Positions 47,878-60,323 of a stretch of 64,000 nt of DNA are shown in pieces. The stretch covers positions 75,823 to 139,822 of the forward strand of contig CAZGFX010000001.1 of NCBI GenBank assembly GCA_964524845.1, given 5' to 3'. The translations under genes were made by a program, and so were the position numbers. The notes under the pieces were generated by a model, which was given only the letters and a program-made list of their open reading frames with translations, was not told the origin of the DNA and ran no database searches. This stretch comes from an uncultured Gammaproteobacteria bacterium. GTDB lineage: Bacteria > Patescibacteriota > Patescibacteriia > CAZGFX01. Position 1 is the stretch's first letter; each line of letters begins with the position of its first letter.

Positions 47878-48709
47878 TTGTATCTGAAATGGCTTTTTGT
47901 GTCGTTCTCAACTCATCTAGAAGTCCGTCCAGAATATCGCGCGATACAGCTCCTGGAAGCCGAACATTGTTCACAAACAGTGTTGGTGTACCACGCACTC
48001 CAGCGTCATACCCTTCTTTATAATCAACTTGTATCTCGGGAAGATATTTCTGCGAATCAAGACATTGTGTAAAAGATGCTCGAGAAATTCCTGCTTCATC
48101 GGCATATGCGATTAAATTTTCGCGCGTAAAAGTACCTTGACGCTCGAACAGTATATCATGATATTGCCAAAACTTCCCTGAATCCTGTGCGCAATTTGCC
48201 GCAATAGCTGCTATGGTCGAATCAGGATGAAGCGACTCTATTGGAAAATCTCTGAATTGAACAAATACCGCGTTCGGGTTATCCAAAACAAAGTTACGAA
48301 GAGTTGACTCAAGCTCGGCTGAAAAAGGACACTCAAAATCGCTAAACACGACAATATGCATTATTGATGTATCGCGAGAACCGATAAAAGAATCATCGTT
48401 CGTCTCAACATTAGCCGTCATCACCTCGTCGCTCTGATCGCCTGATTCGCCAACAACTTTTGTTATTGCCGTATCACCCGCGAGAAACAAGCGAAACTCC
48501 CCTTTCGGAAGCAGTATACCGCTATCAAGATATGTGATGACGCGCGGCGCTTGATATAACAAAATTGCCGCGCACAAAATAATAAAAACCACAAACAGTA
48601 CAAAACTGAATGATCCTCGCCCCAAAAGCGCCGCGCGAAGTGTTTTGGCCTCTTCTGTGTCAGCTGTAAAAACAGGTGTTTTTTTAATCTGTTCTTTTTG
48701 TTTTGGCAT
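47837..48709 (-). CDS. DsbA-family thioredoxin-fold protein with degenerate CxxS site (CPFS), membrane-anchored
   Basis: TM helix. FSDFECPFSAELE. DsbA-like alpha-helical insertion. Confidence 0.6.
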   Translation of the reverse strand: MPKQKEQIKKTPVFTADTEEAKTLRAALLGRGSFSFVLFVVFIILCAAILLYQAPRVITYLDSGILLPKGEFRLFLAGDTAITKVVGESGDQSDEVMTANVETNDDSFIGSRDTSIMHIVVFSDFECPFSAELESTLRNFVLDNPNAVFVQFRDFPIESLHPDSTIAAIAANCAQDSGKFWQYHDILFERQGTFTRENLIAYADEAGISRASFTQCLDSQKYLPEIQVDYKEGYDAGVRGTPTLFVNNVRLPGAVSRDILDGLLDELRTTQKAISDTIDENNTAENKNTK

Positions 48710-48713
48710 GATA

Positions 48714-49301
48714 TTACGTGATTATTTTAAAATATCTTAAACATTTTTCATACTTTTGAACATGCGTGCTTGTTTCGTCTTTGGTAAGTGTGTTTCCGCT
48801 CTCATGAACAATCATATTTCGAACATGATGAGAGGAAATAACATCATTCATTACCGAGTGTTTTTTTGATGCGGTGATAATACGTTCCTGCGTTGTAGCC
48901 CCGCTAAAACCAAGTCCACGAAGCACATCATCCATAAGCTGATCCGCCTTTATAACAGCAAGTTGTCGAACATACGAATCATCTGATTCAACCATCGAGC
49001 TTATTTCATTCCATTGTTTTGTATAATCAACCGTCCGAGAACGAGAACGGCGCCGAAACGCATATGAAAAAATAATTCTAAGTGCAATAATAACAAATAA
49101 AATTTTAAAAAGAGTTGATTCAAAAAAAGAAATGAGAAGTCCGCTCACACTAAAATCAAACGAACCAACAGATTCCATAATCATTCCAACCGAATTTTTT
49201 GAAACAATTAGCATTTTTATCCATTCAAAAACAGATTCTACGGTAATGCTTCCCGAGAGATTTGAAAAAAATGAGGATACTATTTCGTTTATTTTTTCCA
49301 T
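48714..49301 (-). CDS. hypothetical membrane protein
   Basis: 195-aa ORF with two or three hydrophobic segments. No motif. Confidence 0.4.
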   Translation of the reverse strand: MEKINEIVSSFFSNLSGSITVESVFEWIKMLIVSKNSVGMIMESVGSFDFSVSGLLISFFESTLFKILFVIIALRIIFSYAFRRRSRSRTVDYTKQWNEISSMVESDDSYVRQLAVIKADQLMDDVLRGLGFSGATTQERIITASKKHSVMNDVISSHHVRNMIVHESGNTLTKDETSTHVQKYEKCLRYFKIIT

Positions 49302-49306
49302 ATGAT

Positions 49307-50752
49307 TTATAGTGGAGCAATATTTGCGAACCCTCTTTCAGATTCAATCGCATATGCGGCATTCAATATCGTCTGCTCAGCAAAATAATTACCGATAAGC
49401 TGAATACCGACGGGAAGTCCGTGCACAGGATTTACCGGCACAGAAATAGCCGGAAGGCCCGCGATATTTGCTGATACAGTACAGATGTCAGTAAGATAAA
49501 GGGTCAGTGGATCCGTTATCTTCTCTCCTATTTTAAACGCGGTCATTGGAGCAACAGGAGCGGCAATACAATCAACAGAAGAAAACGCTTTTTTGAAATC
49601 ACGAGTGATAAGTGCGCGTACTTTTTGGGCTTGCGCATAATAAGCGTCATAGTAACCAGCCGAGAGCACATAAGTACCAATCATAATTCGACGACGCACC
49701 TCATCTCCTAGTCCTTCTGTACGCGAAGAAATATATGTATGCAAAATATCATTTTCTTCTTTTCGTGTACCATATCTAATTCCATCATATCTCGCCATAT
49801 TCGCAGAAACTTCAGCGGGCATTATAATATAATATGTTGCTAGCGCGTATGGTACAAGTGGCAGTGATATATCAACAATTGTCGCTCCGCGAGATTTAAG
49901 AAGTTCAATTCCATCACGAACGCTTTTTTCAACATCAGAATCCATGCCATCAACAAAAAACTCTCGCGCGACGCCAATTCGCATTCCGGAAATATCGGAG
50001 TTAAGTTGTTCACTGTATGAAGGAACCGGCTCGCGAGAAGATGTGGCGTCGCGCGGATCCTCTCCGGCCATGATTTCCAAAAGTATAGCAGCGTCTTTTA
50101 CAGAACGCGTCAGTGGACCAGCCTGATCAAGTGACGATGCCATAGCCATAAGTCCATTTCTAGAGACACGTCCATAAGTTGGTTTCAACCCAACAATTCC
50201 GCAAAAAGAAGCTGGCTGACGAACAGATCCTCCTGTGTCAGTACCAAGTGCGAGCGGAGCAAGGCCTCCTGCAACAGCAGATGCTGAACCACCTGATGAA
50301 CCTCCAGGAACTCGCGTAACATCCCAAGGATTTTTCACCACTCCATAAGCAGAATTTTCATTCGATCCACCCATTGCAAACTCATCACAATTCGTTTTCC
50401 CTATTATGATAGCGCCTTCGTCGAGCAACCGATCAATAATCGTAGCATTTTCAGCAGGAATAAAATCTTTTAATATTTTTGAGCCACCGGTGCTTCGTAT
50501 GTTTTTCGTAACAATAATATCTTTAACAGCAATTGGTACTCCATATAAACGTCCATTTTTCTCTTTTCTTGAATCAAGCTCTTGGGCACGTGTTCTTGCT
50601 TCTTCTTTTGATAATGTAATAAAAGAGTTTAATTCTGGGTTATAATCAACAATTCTTTCTATATGAGAATCGACCACATCTCGCGCAGAGAGCGATCCCG
50701 TACGAACAAGTTCAGTGATTTCATATCCATTCTTTTCGAATATTTCGCTCAT
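49307..50752 (-). CDS. gatA: Asp-tRNA(Asn)/Glu-tRNA(Gln) amidotransferase subunit A
   Basis: Amidase signature [49 protein letters not shown]. Confidence 0.9.
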   Translation of the reverse strand: [481 protein letters not shown]

Positions 50753-51057
50753 AGTTTTTCTTTGAATACCGTGATAAATCGTCCTTTCTTTGCTGGCGCT
50801 TCTCGAAATGTATCGTCAGCGATTCCTCTTCCGTTTTTTACCTCGTCCTCACGAACAAAATTCGCATATCCGTGTACTTGTGAAATGGGATCAGTGTTCA
50901 TTGTATCGACCTCAGAAAGTTTTCCAACATAACTCAAAATAGACGACAACTGCTCTGCTGTCGCGTCAATCATGTGCTCGTCAAGATTTATTCGAGCTAA
51001 ATCCGCTATCTTTATAACCTCCTCACGAGATAGTTTCATATGGCCATATTTTAGCAT
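50749..51057 (-). CDS. gatC: Asp-tRNA(Asn)/Glu-tRNA(Gln) amidotransferase subunit C
   Basis: MKLSREEVIKIADLARINLDE... GatC-like. ATGA overlap with gatA. The real start is probably the internal Met at 51039. Confidence 0.8.
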   Translation of the reverse strand: MLKYGHMKLSREEVIKIADLARINLDEHMIDATAEQLSSILSYVGKLSEVDTMNTDPISQVHGYANFVREDEVKNGRGIADDTFREAPAKKGRFITVFKEKL

Positions 51058-51174
51058 AACTTAGGTACAAAATACACTTTGTTGTCAACACAGAAGATTG
51101 CTTTAAATGAATATGAGTTTCAAAACAAAAATATAAAAACTCCTGTTAGATTAGCTAACAGGAGTTTGTTTAAA

Positions 51175-52428
51175 TTAATTTTCGTATCCTTCCAGTTTTT
51201 TTATCTTCCTTTCGACTGGAATGACTTCTCGAAGAAATTTTAAACTCGGTATATTCCATTTCTGGTGTTTCTTTAATCGCCTGATCCACTCGATCAAATA
51301 ATCAAGTAGTTCGAGCCTCCAAAAACGATTGAAAGAAGCAACCCATAGATCATTATCAAGATCCCCGGTAAATTTATTATTTTCTTTTTTCTCTTCCGGA
51401 ATATCCACCTCAAGCGGTACCCGAAAAATTGATAATTCCCTCAGAATTGATAAGGTCAAACGATCAAGATACTTCCACACATGCATTTTCCCAGCAGTAG
51501 ACATTTTTTCTACATCTAGAAACCCAATCATTCCAAGGTTGTGAATATGAATTATTTGGTGCGTATACCACAGATTACTTTCAAGAATCGAGACCTGTTG
51601 TTTCGCATTCTCATACTCTTCGATAGATGAACGTGAAATAGAATAACGAAACTCACTACAAACATTACGGTGTCTTGCTAAATTACTCAATATAATCGTA
51701 TAAATTTTCAAAATATCTTTTATATGAGGGATTATATGTCCTGCTACAACCTGTTCATTCCCTTTCACTAGACTCAAAAGATATTTTACAAAATCTATGT
51801 GCGACTTGTTTTCTGCATCAGGAATTGTGTTGTTTGTTCGATATTCAATCAATGGATCAGCTGAGAGACGAATATTGTTAATCGCACCATGTACATCCCA
51901 TACCCCTTTTCGAATTCCAAGAAGAATCTCTGAGTCTTGATAAGGAAACATATTAGATGCGTGTTTGTGTTTCACATCCAAAGGATCGTCTTTATCAAGG
52001 ACAAAAAATATTCGAGCGAAGTTCTGTGCTAAAAATATCGAATAATATTCATGTAACACTCTTCCTCTTAATTTTTTATCTGTTAAGTCCTCGTTTTTTA
52101 AACGATTATATTCAACACTAAGCGCGTGCTCGTTTTCTCCGAGAATATTATACTTATTGAAAAGCGTATAATATGTTTGTTCATACAACACTTGCCAAGA
52201 AATATTATGCTCTTTCGTAATCTGTTCGCACTGTTCATATAAAAACGTTTTCATTGATCCCCACTCATCAACGACAGGAATTTCGTTATCCACAGGGGTT
52301 TCTTCTATTATAATTTCTTCCGGTTCGTGATCAAATAAAAGCATTTTGTATACATCGTCATCACCAAACAGATCTTCTTCAAGAATTTCTTCTTCGCTGT
52401 TCTTTTCTTTTTTCTTTGAATCTTCCAT
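51175..52428 (-). CDS. hypothetical protein (417 aa, acidic N-terminus)
   Basis: No recognisable motif. Confidence 0.4.
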   Translation of the reverse strand: MEDSKKKEKNSEEEILEEDLFGDDDVYKMLLFDHEPEEIIIEETPVDNEIPVVDEWGSMKTFLYEQCEQITKEHNISWQVLYEQTYYTLFNKYNILGENEHALSVEYNRLKNEDLTDKKLRGRVLHEYYSIFLAQNFARIFFVLDKDDPLDVKHKHASNMFPYQDSEILLGIRKGVWDVHGAINNIRLSADPLIEYRTNNTIPDAENKSHIDFVKYLLSLVKGNEQVVAGHIIPHIKDILKIYTIILSNLARHRNVCSEFRYSISRSSIEEYENAKQQVSILESNLWYTHQIIHIHNLGMIGFLDVEKMSTAGKMHVWKYLDRLTLSILRELSIFRVPLEVDIPEEKKENNKFTGDLDNDLWVASFNRFWRLELLDYLIEWIRRLKKHQKWNIPSLKFLREVIPVERKIKKLEGYEN

Positions 52429-52621
52429 TTTTTTCTCCTTGCCCCCACAAGAGGCAGTGTCTTTTTTTATTTGTTTTTATCATATTACTTTAAACTTTAT
52501 TTATAAAATTGTCAAATTTATGGATAATTTCAATAGATCGACACAAATGTTCTATTATAAAAAACACTCCCTTGAACAAAAGTTCAGGGAATGTTTATAA
52601 TTTTACTATATTTAAGAAAAT

Positions 52622-53089
52622 TTAAGCCGCTTTTGTATCAATTGATTCTTGTTCTTTTCTTATACTATCTCCCATTAATATCATTTGGGTTCTATCGCTT
52701 AATTTTTTAACGTTTTGGAATTTTTTTTCAATTTGCTTTCTTAAAACCCCAAGAACTGGGGCGTCGGAAGATTCGGGTTCTTCTTCCATTGCCGCAATAT
52801 CAATAGTACGAATATCTGTCGATAGACCGATTACAACCTCCATAATTTCTCGTGCGGATTTTTTATCTCCTTTTTCTTCTGCTTCTTGTAATTTAGCAAA
52901 AGTGTCGTCGTATAAGACATCAAAAACATGTATTTTTTCTGCCAATTCAGGATTTTTTGTTTCTAAATTATCCAACCACATAAGATCCTCAACGGAACCT
53001 ATATTTTCAGGTGCTTTTAAATTCATAGCGGCATTTTGTTCAGAAGAATCAAAATCATGTTTTAAAGTACCCCTCATTCCCATTACCAT
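52622..53089 (-). CDS. hypothetical protein (155 aa)
   Basis: No recognisable motif. Confidence 0.4.
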   Translation of the reverse strand: MVMGMRGTLKHDFDSSEQNAAMNLKAPENIGSVEDLMWLDNLETKNPELAEKIHVFDVLYDDTFAKLQEAEEKGDKKSAREIMEVVIGLSTDIRTIDIAAMEEEPESSDAPVLGVLRKQIEKKFQNVKKLSDRTQMILMGDSIRKEQESIDTKAA

Positions 53090-53203
53090 ATGATTATTAA
53101 TTTATTTATTAACATTTTCATGATAGCATAATTATCAGAAAAAGTCAACTTTTTATTACAGCAAATTTAAAAAACCTCTAAATTAAGAGGTTTTTTTGTT
53201 ATT

Positions 53204-53875
53204 TTATTTGTTTGTTATCAATTTTAATTGTGGTTTTGTATTAGAAACAAATACATCCACCATGTCTTCATCTAATTTATAATCATAATAAGTAGACGAG
53301 GATTTCTCAGCACTAAACAATATAAAATCCTTAAAAGATCCTGGTTTTCTTAAAATATGAAGAGCTTCTTTTTTTGTTCTTATTCTCGAAATAAAAGAAT
53401 TAGGAGGAGCTTTATCAGAACGTAATACAGTGAAATTATCCATATTATAAAAAGTGAATAAATGTACCCCGTCTTCTTTTATATAAGTGTGGCCTGCTTC
53501 TCCTTCAAAATACCTTTTTACAACCGGCATATCGCAAACGTAGAAAAAATACGCTTTAAATAGATTAAACACAATTCCGTTCATGGTATCATTATCATTG
53601 GATGGCTCCGGTTTATACCAAATAATACCAGTACAAAACACAGGGTCAATTGATTCGACACAACAAGTAAGCGCTTTATAATAATTACTATCTTTTTTTC
53701 TTATAAGTTCGCTTATCTCTTCGGTGTTTTTTGCCGATATACGATGCGAGCCACCTGTATTTGCTGCCTTTCTGAATAAAAATTCATTTTTCCCAAACTT
53801 TTTCAGACTTTTCTTTTTGAATAAAAAATTGCCCAAAAAAGTTTTCTCCAAAAGCTTTTTTAAATTTACACGCAC
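53204..53875 (-). CDS. hypothetical protein (223 aa)
   Basis: No recognisable motif. Confidence 0.4.
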   Translation of the reverse strand: MRVNLKKLLEKTFLGNFLFKKKSLKKFGKNEFLFRKAANTGGSHRISAKNTEEISELIRKKDSNYYKALTCCVESIDPVFCTGIIWYKPEPSNDNDTMNGIVFNLFKAYFFYVCDMPVVKRYFEGEAGHTYIKEDGVHLFTFYNMDNFTVLRSDKAPPNSFISRIRTKKEALHILRKPGSFKDFILFSAEKSSSTYYDYKLDEDMVDVFVSNTKPQLKLITNK

Positions 53876-53991
53876 AAAATCACCTCTTTTTCTATATTTT
53901 ATTTTTGTTTTTGTTAATTTACTTTTTCATTAAACTTTACAACAAATACCGAAAAAGTCAAATGTTTACACACAGAAATAAAGCTCGGAAA

Positions 53992-56037
<2,046 letters not shown>

Positions 56038-56132
56038 CTAATTATAGTATATCATATATTATCGAATATATAATAAAAAACCCATTCCGTATAATACGAA
56101 ATGGGTTTATAATTATTGTTTAATAGATAACT

Positions 56133-58532
56133 TTATTTCTTATTTTCTTCAGATTTTTTTGTTTGGACACTTCCGGTTTTTTCTTTTTCATCTTTTTTGC
56201 GTTCATCTTTGCTGACTTCTGGCTCGTTTTTTGTCTCGGCAGTATCAGAAGTAATTTTAGAATCTTCAATAATATGGTTTGCAAATGGTTTTCCTGTGAG
56301 TTTTTCGAGCAGACCTACACCCAAAAAACTCCCGATAATTCCACCTTCATTATCCTTTCCGCCTCCTATCACGAGGTTTTCCGGGATAAGTTTTATTTTG
56401 CCAGCAGCAAGTTGCGTAATAACCTGAATGTGTTCAAAAGCAGACTTGCCCATTGCATTGACTTGTAATTTATATGCTTCGGCTTGAGACGTTCCTTTTG
56501 CAAGAATAATATTTGCTTCTGCCATACCTACTTTTGTAGTTGCTTCCGCAGTTGCTTCTGCTTTTATTTTTGTTGATTCTGCTTCTCCTGTTGCGTGTAA
56601 GATAGCTGATGTTTTTTGACCTTCTGCTTCTCTTACTTTTGAATCAGCGTTGTTTTTTGCGATTTCAACGCTTCTTTCAGACTGCACAACCTGTTTTTGC
56701 ATGCTTGCTTGTTCTTCGGCATTCTTCAGATCTCTGTCTGCTTTCGCTGCTTCTTCTTGAGCTTTATATGTCTTTGTTTGTTGTTCGGCAATTTGTCTAT
56801 CTGTAACCGTTTTTGTCAGTTCTGGTGGTAAAACAACATCAGCAATTAATGTTTCTTTTGAATCGATGTGGTGTACCTTTAATACCGCGTCAATATGCGC
56901 TTTTGCGGCTTCTTGTAATTCTCGACGTGTAGTATACAACTCTAAGGCCTTAATTTTTTGAGCAGCATTACGGAAATGCGAACTGATCGCAGGTTCGAGA
57001 ACTTGAGAGATCATATCACTTACAGAACCGAGATTCGCGATCACCTTTGGTGCGTTTTGCATCGAAATATGGATGATTACACTCACATCCATTTTTGCAT
57101 TAAAAGCATCTGCGGTACGAAGAGTGATAGTGCTCAAATTTGAATCCAGTTTGTGTGCGCTTGATCGATTGTCGGCCCAGTTCAGAAGAATCTGGGTGGT
57201 CGGCACAATATCAACCTTACATATCTTGAGATTCATCGGGTGTTTGCCTGGCTGTAAGGGATTTACCCAGATACCTTTACATCCGTTTTCCACTATTTTT
57301 GCATTCACAGTATCATCTGTAAGATCAATACCGTCTGGACCGACATAACTTGTAACTACGCCACAGTGTCCGATATCAACATGAATCATATCTACTTTTT
57401 CGATGGTTGCAAACCATGGATTAATTGCATAATTTCCAGCACGTAATACAGGAATTTGCAAACCTTTTTGTCCACCGGCTTTCAAGAACGCATCCGAATC
57501 CTGAAAATTATTATGAGTATTCATAGGCAGTTCTTCGGCCGCGATTTTAGTCGGATCAGTGATTGGTTTTCCTTCGTTTATTGTAACAATTCCGATTTGA
57601 TCGGCGGCTATATTTGTCCAATCGGCAAGCTCAATAATCTTAAACAAATAAGGATTGAGTCTGTACCTTCCTGGCATGAGAATGTCACTTTGTCTACCTC
57701 TTTCACCACCGTTTATAATAAACGTTTCTCCGTTAAAAAAATTATTGTGTCCTTCTACTTTCTTACCGAGAAGTCTCCCTTCTGGAATCCTTGCGCCGTC
57801 CATCGCTTCTATTAAACCGATTTTTCCTCCTGGAATATTTGTGATTTTACATTTTTCCACACGGAACAAAATCGTGTTAATCCTATACGTACCAGGAGGA
57901 ATGAAAGCAATCTGTGGGCCTTTTTGTCCTCCGTTCCGAAGAAATGCTTCTCCGTCTTGAAAATTATCACACTCAACAGGAGAACCGAAATTACCACCGT
58001 CACGTGTTACTTGCTTTCCATCAATTGACTCAACATATCCAATCTCATCGTCCTCGAGAATAATAGCATTGACTATTTCTACATGGAAAAGATAGGGATT
58101 GATTCTGTATTCGCCATCAGGCAAAATTCGAATTTGTGGGCCTTTTTGTCCTCCGTTCCGAAGAAATGCTTCTCCGTCTTGAAAAAGATCACAATCAATC
58201 GCTTTAGCCATAATCTGACCGGATGGAATCGGCGCACCAGTGATAGCGCGCAAAACACCAACATGATTTTCAGGAATAACAATAAAAATATGTTTGGTTA
58301 TTTTGTAAATAAAAGGTAATAGGAAATGGAATCCTGGACCAAGCACCCTCGCTTGTACTCCGACTTCACCTTTTAGAGCAACGGTGCGTCCATCTGGCAT
58401 TTCTTTACCAAACCACCTTCTTTCCAAAACAATCATCTGATTTCCTTTTGCAATAACAAAAGAATTCAGAAAGACAAAAAATCCTCCCAGTATTAGTAAT
58501 ACCGGGACTAGATACTCGAACAATAAATCCAT
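56133..58532 (-). CDS. flotillin-like SPFH/band-7 family membrane protein with five reiterated N-terminal units
   Basis: N-terminal TM helix. Repeated [DN]FQDGEAFLRNGGQKGPQI...Y.INPYLF units resemble the YqiK/FloT N-terminal strand motif. C-terminal Ala/Glu/Lys-rich coiled coil typical of flotillins. Confidence 0.7.
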   Translation of the reverse strand: MDLLFEYLVPVLLILGGFFVFLNSFVIAKGNQMIVLERRWFGKEMPDGRTVALKGEVGVQARVLGPGFHFLLPFIYKITKHIFIVIPENHVGVLRAITGAPIPSGQIMAKAIDCDLFQDGEAFLRNGGQKGPQIRILPDGEYRINPYLFHVEIVNAIILEDDEIGYVESIDGKQVTRDGGNFGSPVECDNFQDGEAFLRNGGQKGPQIAFIPPGTYRINTILFRVEKCKITNIPGGKIGLIEAMDGARIPEGRLLGKKVEGHNNFFNGETFIINGGERGRQSDILMPGRYRLNPYLFKIIELADWTNIAADQIGIVTINEGKPITDPTKIAAEELPMNTHNNFQDSDAFLKAGGQKGLQIPVLRAGNYAINPWFATIEKVDMIHVDIGHCGVVTSYVGPDGIDLTDDTVNAKIVENGCKGIWVNPLQPGKHPMNLKICKVDIVPTTQILLNWADNRSSAHKLDSNLSTITLRTADAFNAKMDVSVIIHISMQNAPKVIANLGSVSDMISQVLEPAISSHFRNAAQKIKALELYTTRRELQEAAKAHIDAVLKVHHIDSKETLIADVVLPPELTKTVTDRQIAEQQTKTYKAQEEAAKADRDLKNAEEQASMQKQVVQSERSVEIAKNNADSKVREAEGQKTSAILHATGEAESTKIKAEATAEATTKVGMAEANIILAKGTSQAEAYKLQVNAMGKSAFEHIQVITQLAAGKIKLIPENLVIGGGKDNEGGIIGSFLGVGLLEKLTGKPFANHIIEDSKITSDTAETKNEPEVSKDERKKDEKEKTGSVQTKKSEENKK
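57913..57963. repeat. 51-bp perfect intragenic direct repeat, copy A (partner at 58135..58185)
   Basis: Identical string tgtgggcctttttgtcctccgttccgaagaaatgcttctccgtcttgaaaa in both copies. Encodes FQDGEAFLRNGGQKGPQ in repeat units 1 and 2. Confidence 0.85.
58135..58185. repeat. 51-bp perfect intragenic direct repeat, copy B
   Basis: See copy A. Confidence 0.85.
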
Positions 58533-58728
58533 GATTAAACTCCTTTTTTAAAAGATCATATGGCAGTGACGCTGCTCCCCGTTATTACTTTTTGTAATAT
58601 AAATTTTATTTGTTTTAAATCCCTTTAGATTATAAGATTATAAAAAGATTGTCAAATACATATAATGGGTGAAAAAACCATGTTTTTAGTCATATATTTT
58701 AACTTATACTATTTCAAAAAAAACTAAA

Positions 58729-59730
58729 GTGATATATCATATTTCCATGAATAACACGGTAAAATGGCTTAATGCTTTTCTTATTGTAGGAATCATAGGG
58801 TTTGGTGCGTATTTTATATATATTAATGGGGTTGATATTAATTTTTCAGTCCATCCTACACCTCATATGACAGAGAAATTACTCGCACCAAGTGATAAAA
58901 AAGAAGATGTTGTGTCCAACACGACCGAAAACAAAGAAAATATATCACTTCTTCCAACAGACATAAGATTTGCGATATGTGGAGATTCCGAATCTTCCAT
59001 ACCATATCTTGAAAAATGCGTAGACGCCATCAAAAAAGAATCGTATAGATTTTCCGTAAATATCGGGGATTTATTCGAAACAAACACACGAGACGAACAA
59101 AAAGAAAAAGAAATTGCAAAAAAAATATCTGAGGTTCAACCTCTGCCATATTTCGTAGTCGGAAATCATGATATTGATTTAAAAACACGCCTACCAATTC
59201 ACATATCATATTTTCCAAATGTGTTCGAAGGAAACAAAAAATCATACTACTCGTTTAATTACGACGGGGTGCATTTTGTCGTGCTCAATAATGCGGACAG
59301 AAAAATAGGATTCAGCAACGAACAACTTACTTGGCTTTCTGAGGATCTTGCTGGATCACAAGAACTTTTAAATAGTATAGCAAAAGAAAAAATGATGAGC
59401 GCGCCGCCGCTCTCAGTAATATACTTCATGCACAGACCAATCGCTTTTCCTTTGAGCGAGTTATACAACGATGACGAGACGAAACAATCTCGAGAAAGCA
59501 ATACGAAACTTCTTGATATAATATCAAAATATGACACCAAGCGTATATTTGCAGGTCATATTCACGGATATTTCGAATACCCTATATCACATAATGAAAA
59601 AGAAATCCCCGTCACAGTCGTCGGCGGCGCGCCCGGCTCGCAAAGTATCGGCACCACCACATCATCTCATTATATTGACGTACACGTGACAAATGATAGT
59701 ATTGAAATAAAGAAAAACAAACTTGAATAA
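58729..59730 (+). CDS. calcineurin-like metallophosphoesterase, membrane-anchored
   Basis: Motifs GD (ICGDSE), GDL (NIGDLFE), GNHD (VVGNHDID) and GHxH (AGHIHGY). Confidence 0.7.
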   Translation: MIYHISMNNTVKWLNAFLIVGIIGFGAYFIYINGVDINFSVHPTPHMTEKLLAPSDKKEDVVSNTTENKENISLLPTDIRFAICGDSESSIPYLEKCVDAIKKESYRFSVNIGDLFETNTRDEQKEKEIAKKISEVQPLPYFVVGNHDIDLKTRLPIHISYFPNVFEGNKKSYYSFNYDGVHFVVLNNADRKIGFSNEQLTWLSEDLAGSQELLNSIAKEKMMSAPPLSVIYFMHRPIAFPLSELYNDDETKQSRESNTKLLDIISKYDTKRIFAGHIHGYFEYPISHNEKEIPVTVVGGAPGSQSIGTTTSSHYIDVHVTNDSIEIKKNKLE

Positions 59731-59782
59731 TTAAAAAAACCCCGATCAATAATCGAGGTTTTTTTCATTGCTTATTGTTTAC

Positions 59783-60142
59783 TTACACTGGAACGTGTTT
59801 TTTAATAAGAACATACAATTCTTCTTTGGTAAGTCCGACCATTTTTGCACGAGACTCAAATGTATGCTCCGGATCAATGTTCATATGAAAATCCAGACTT
59901 TCAATAAAAAAATGGACGTATGTGCCAAAACTATCATCACCAGAATTATTAACAGAAGATGTTAGAACACCAACAAAACTAGCCCCGGATGACCGGTATT
60001 TTGAAAACACAAGTGCACAACACGTTCCTTTATCAATTTTTTGGCATTTGTCAGTTATATCGACAATTCTTTCGACCACATTACTTTCTCCTGCGTGATT
60101 AGTAAAACCACCAAGAAAAGCCAAATCAAATATTCGTGCCAT
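59783..60142 (-). CDS. hypothetical protein (119 aa)
   Basis: No recognisable motif. Confidence 0.35.
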   Translation of the reverse strand: MARIFDLAFLGGFTNHAGESNVVERIVDITDKCQKIDKGTCCALVFSKYRSSGASFVGVLTSSVNNSGDDSFGTYVHFFIESLDFHMNIDPEHTFESRAKMVGLTKEELYVLIKKHVPV

Positions 60143-60323
60143 AAGTTTTTCTCCTTTAATTTGTTTGTTTTTGGTTATTTAGGTTTTTTAAAATATATTT
60201 ATCATAAAATAATACGGTATTTATATTTATTTGTCAAGTCTATAAACTGTTGTATTTAAGCCGTTTTTGAATAATTTTGTTTTAAAAAATAGATTCTATT
60301 ATAATTAACGAACTTAAAATATT

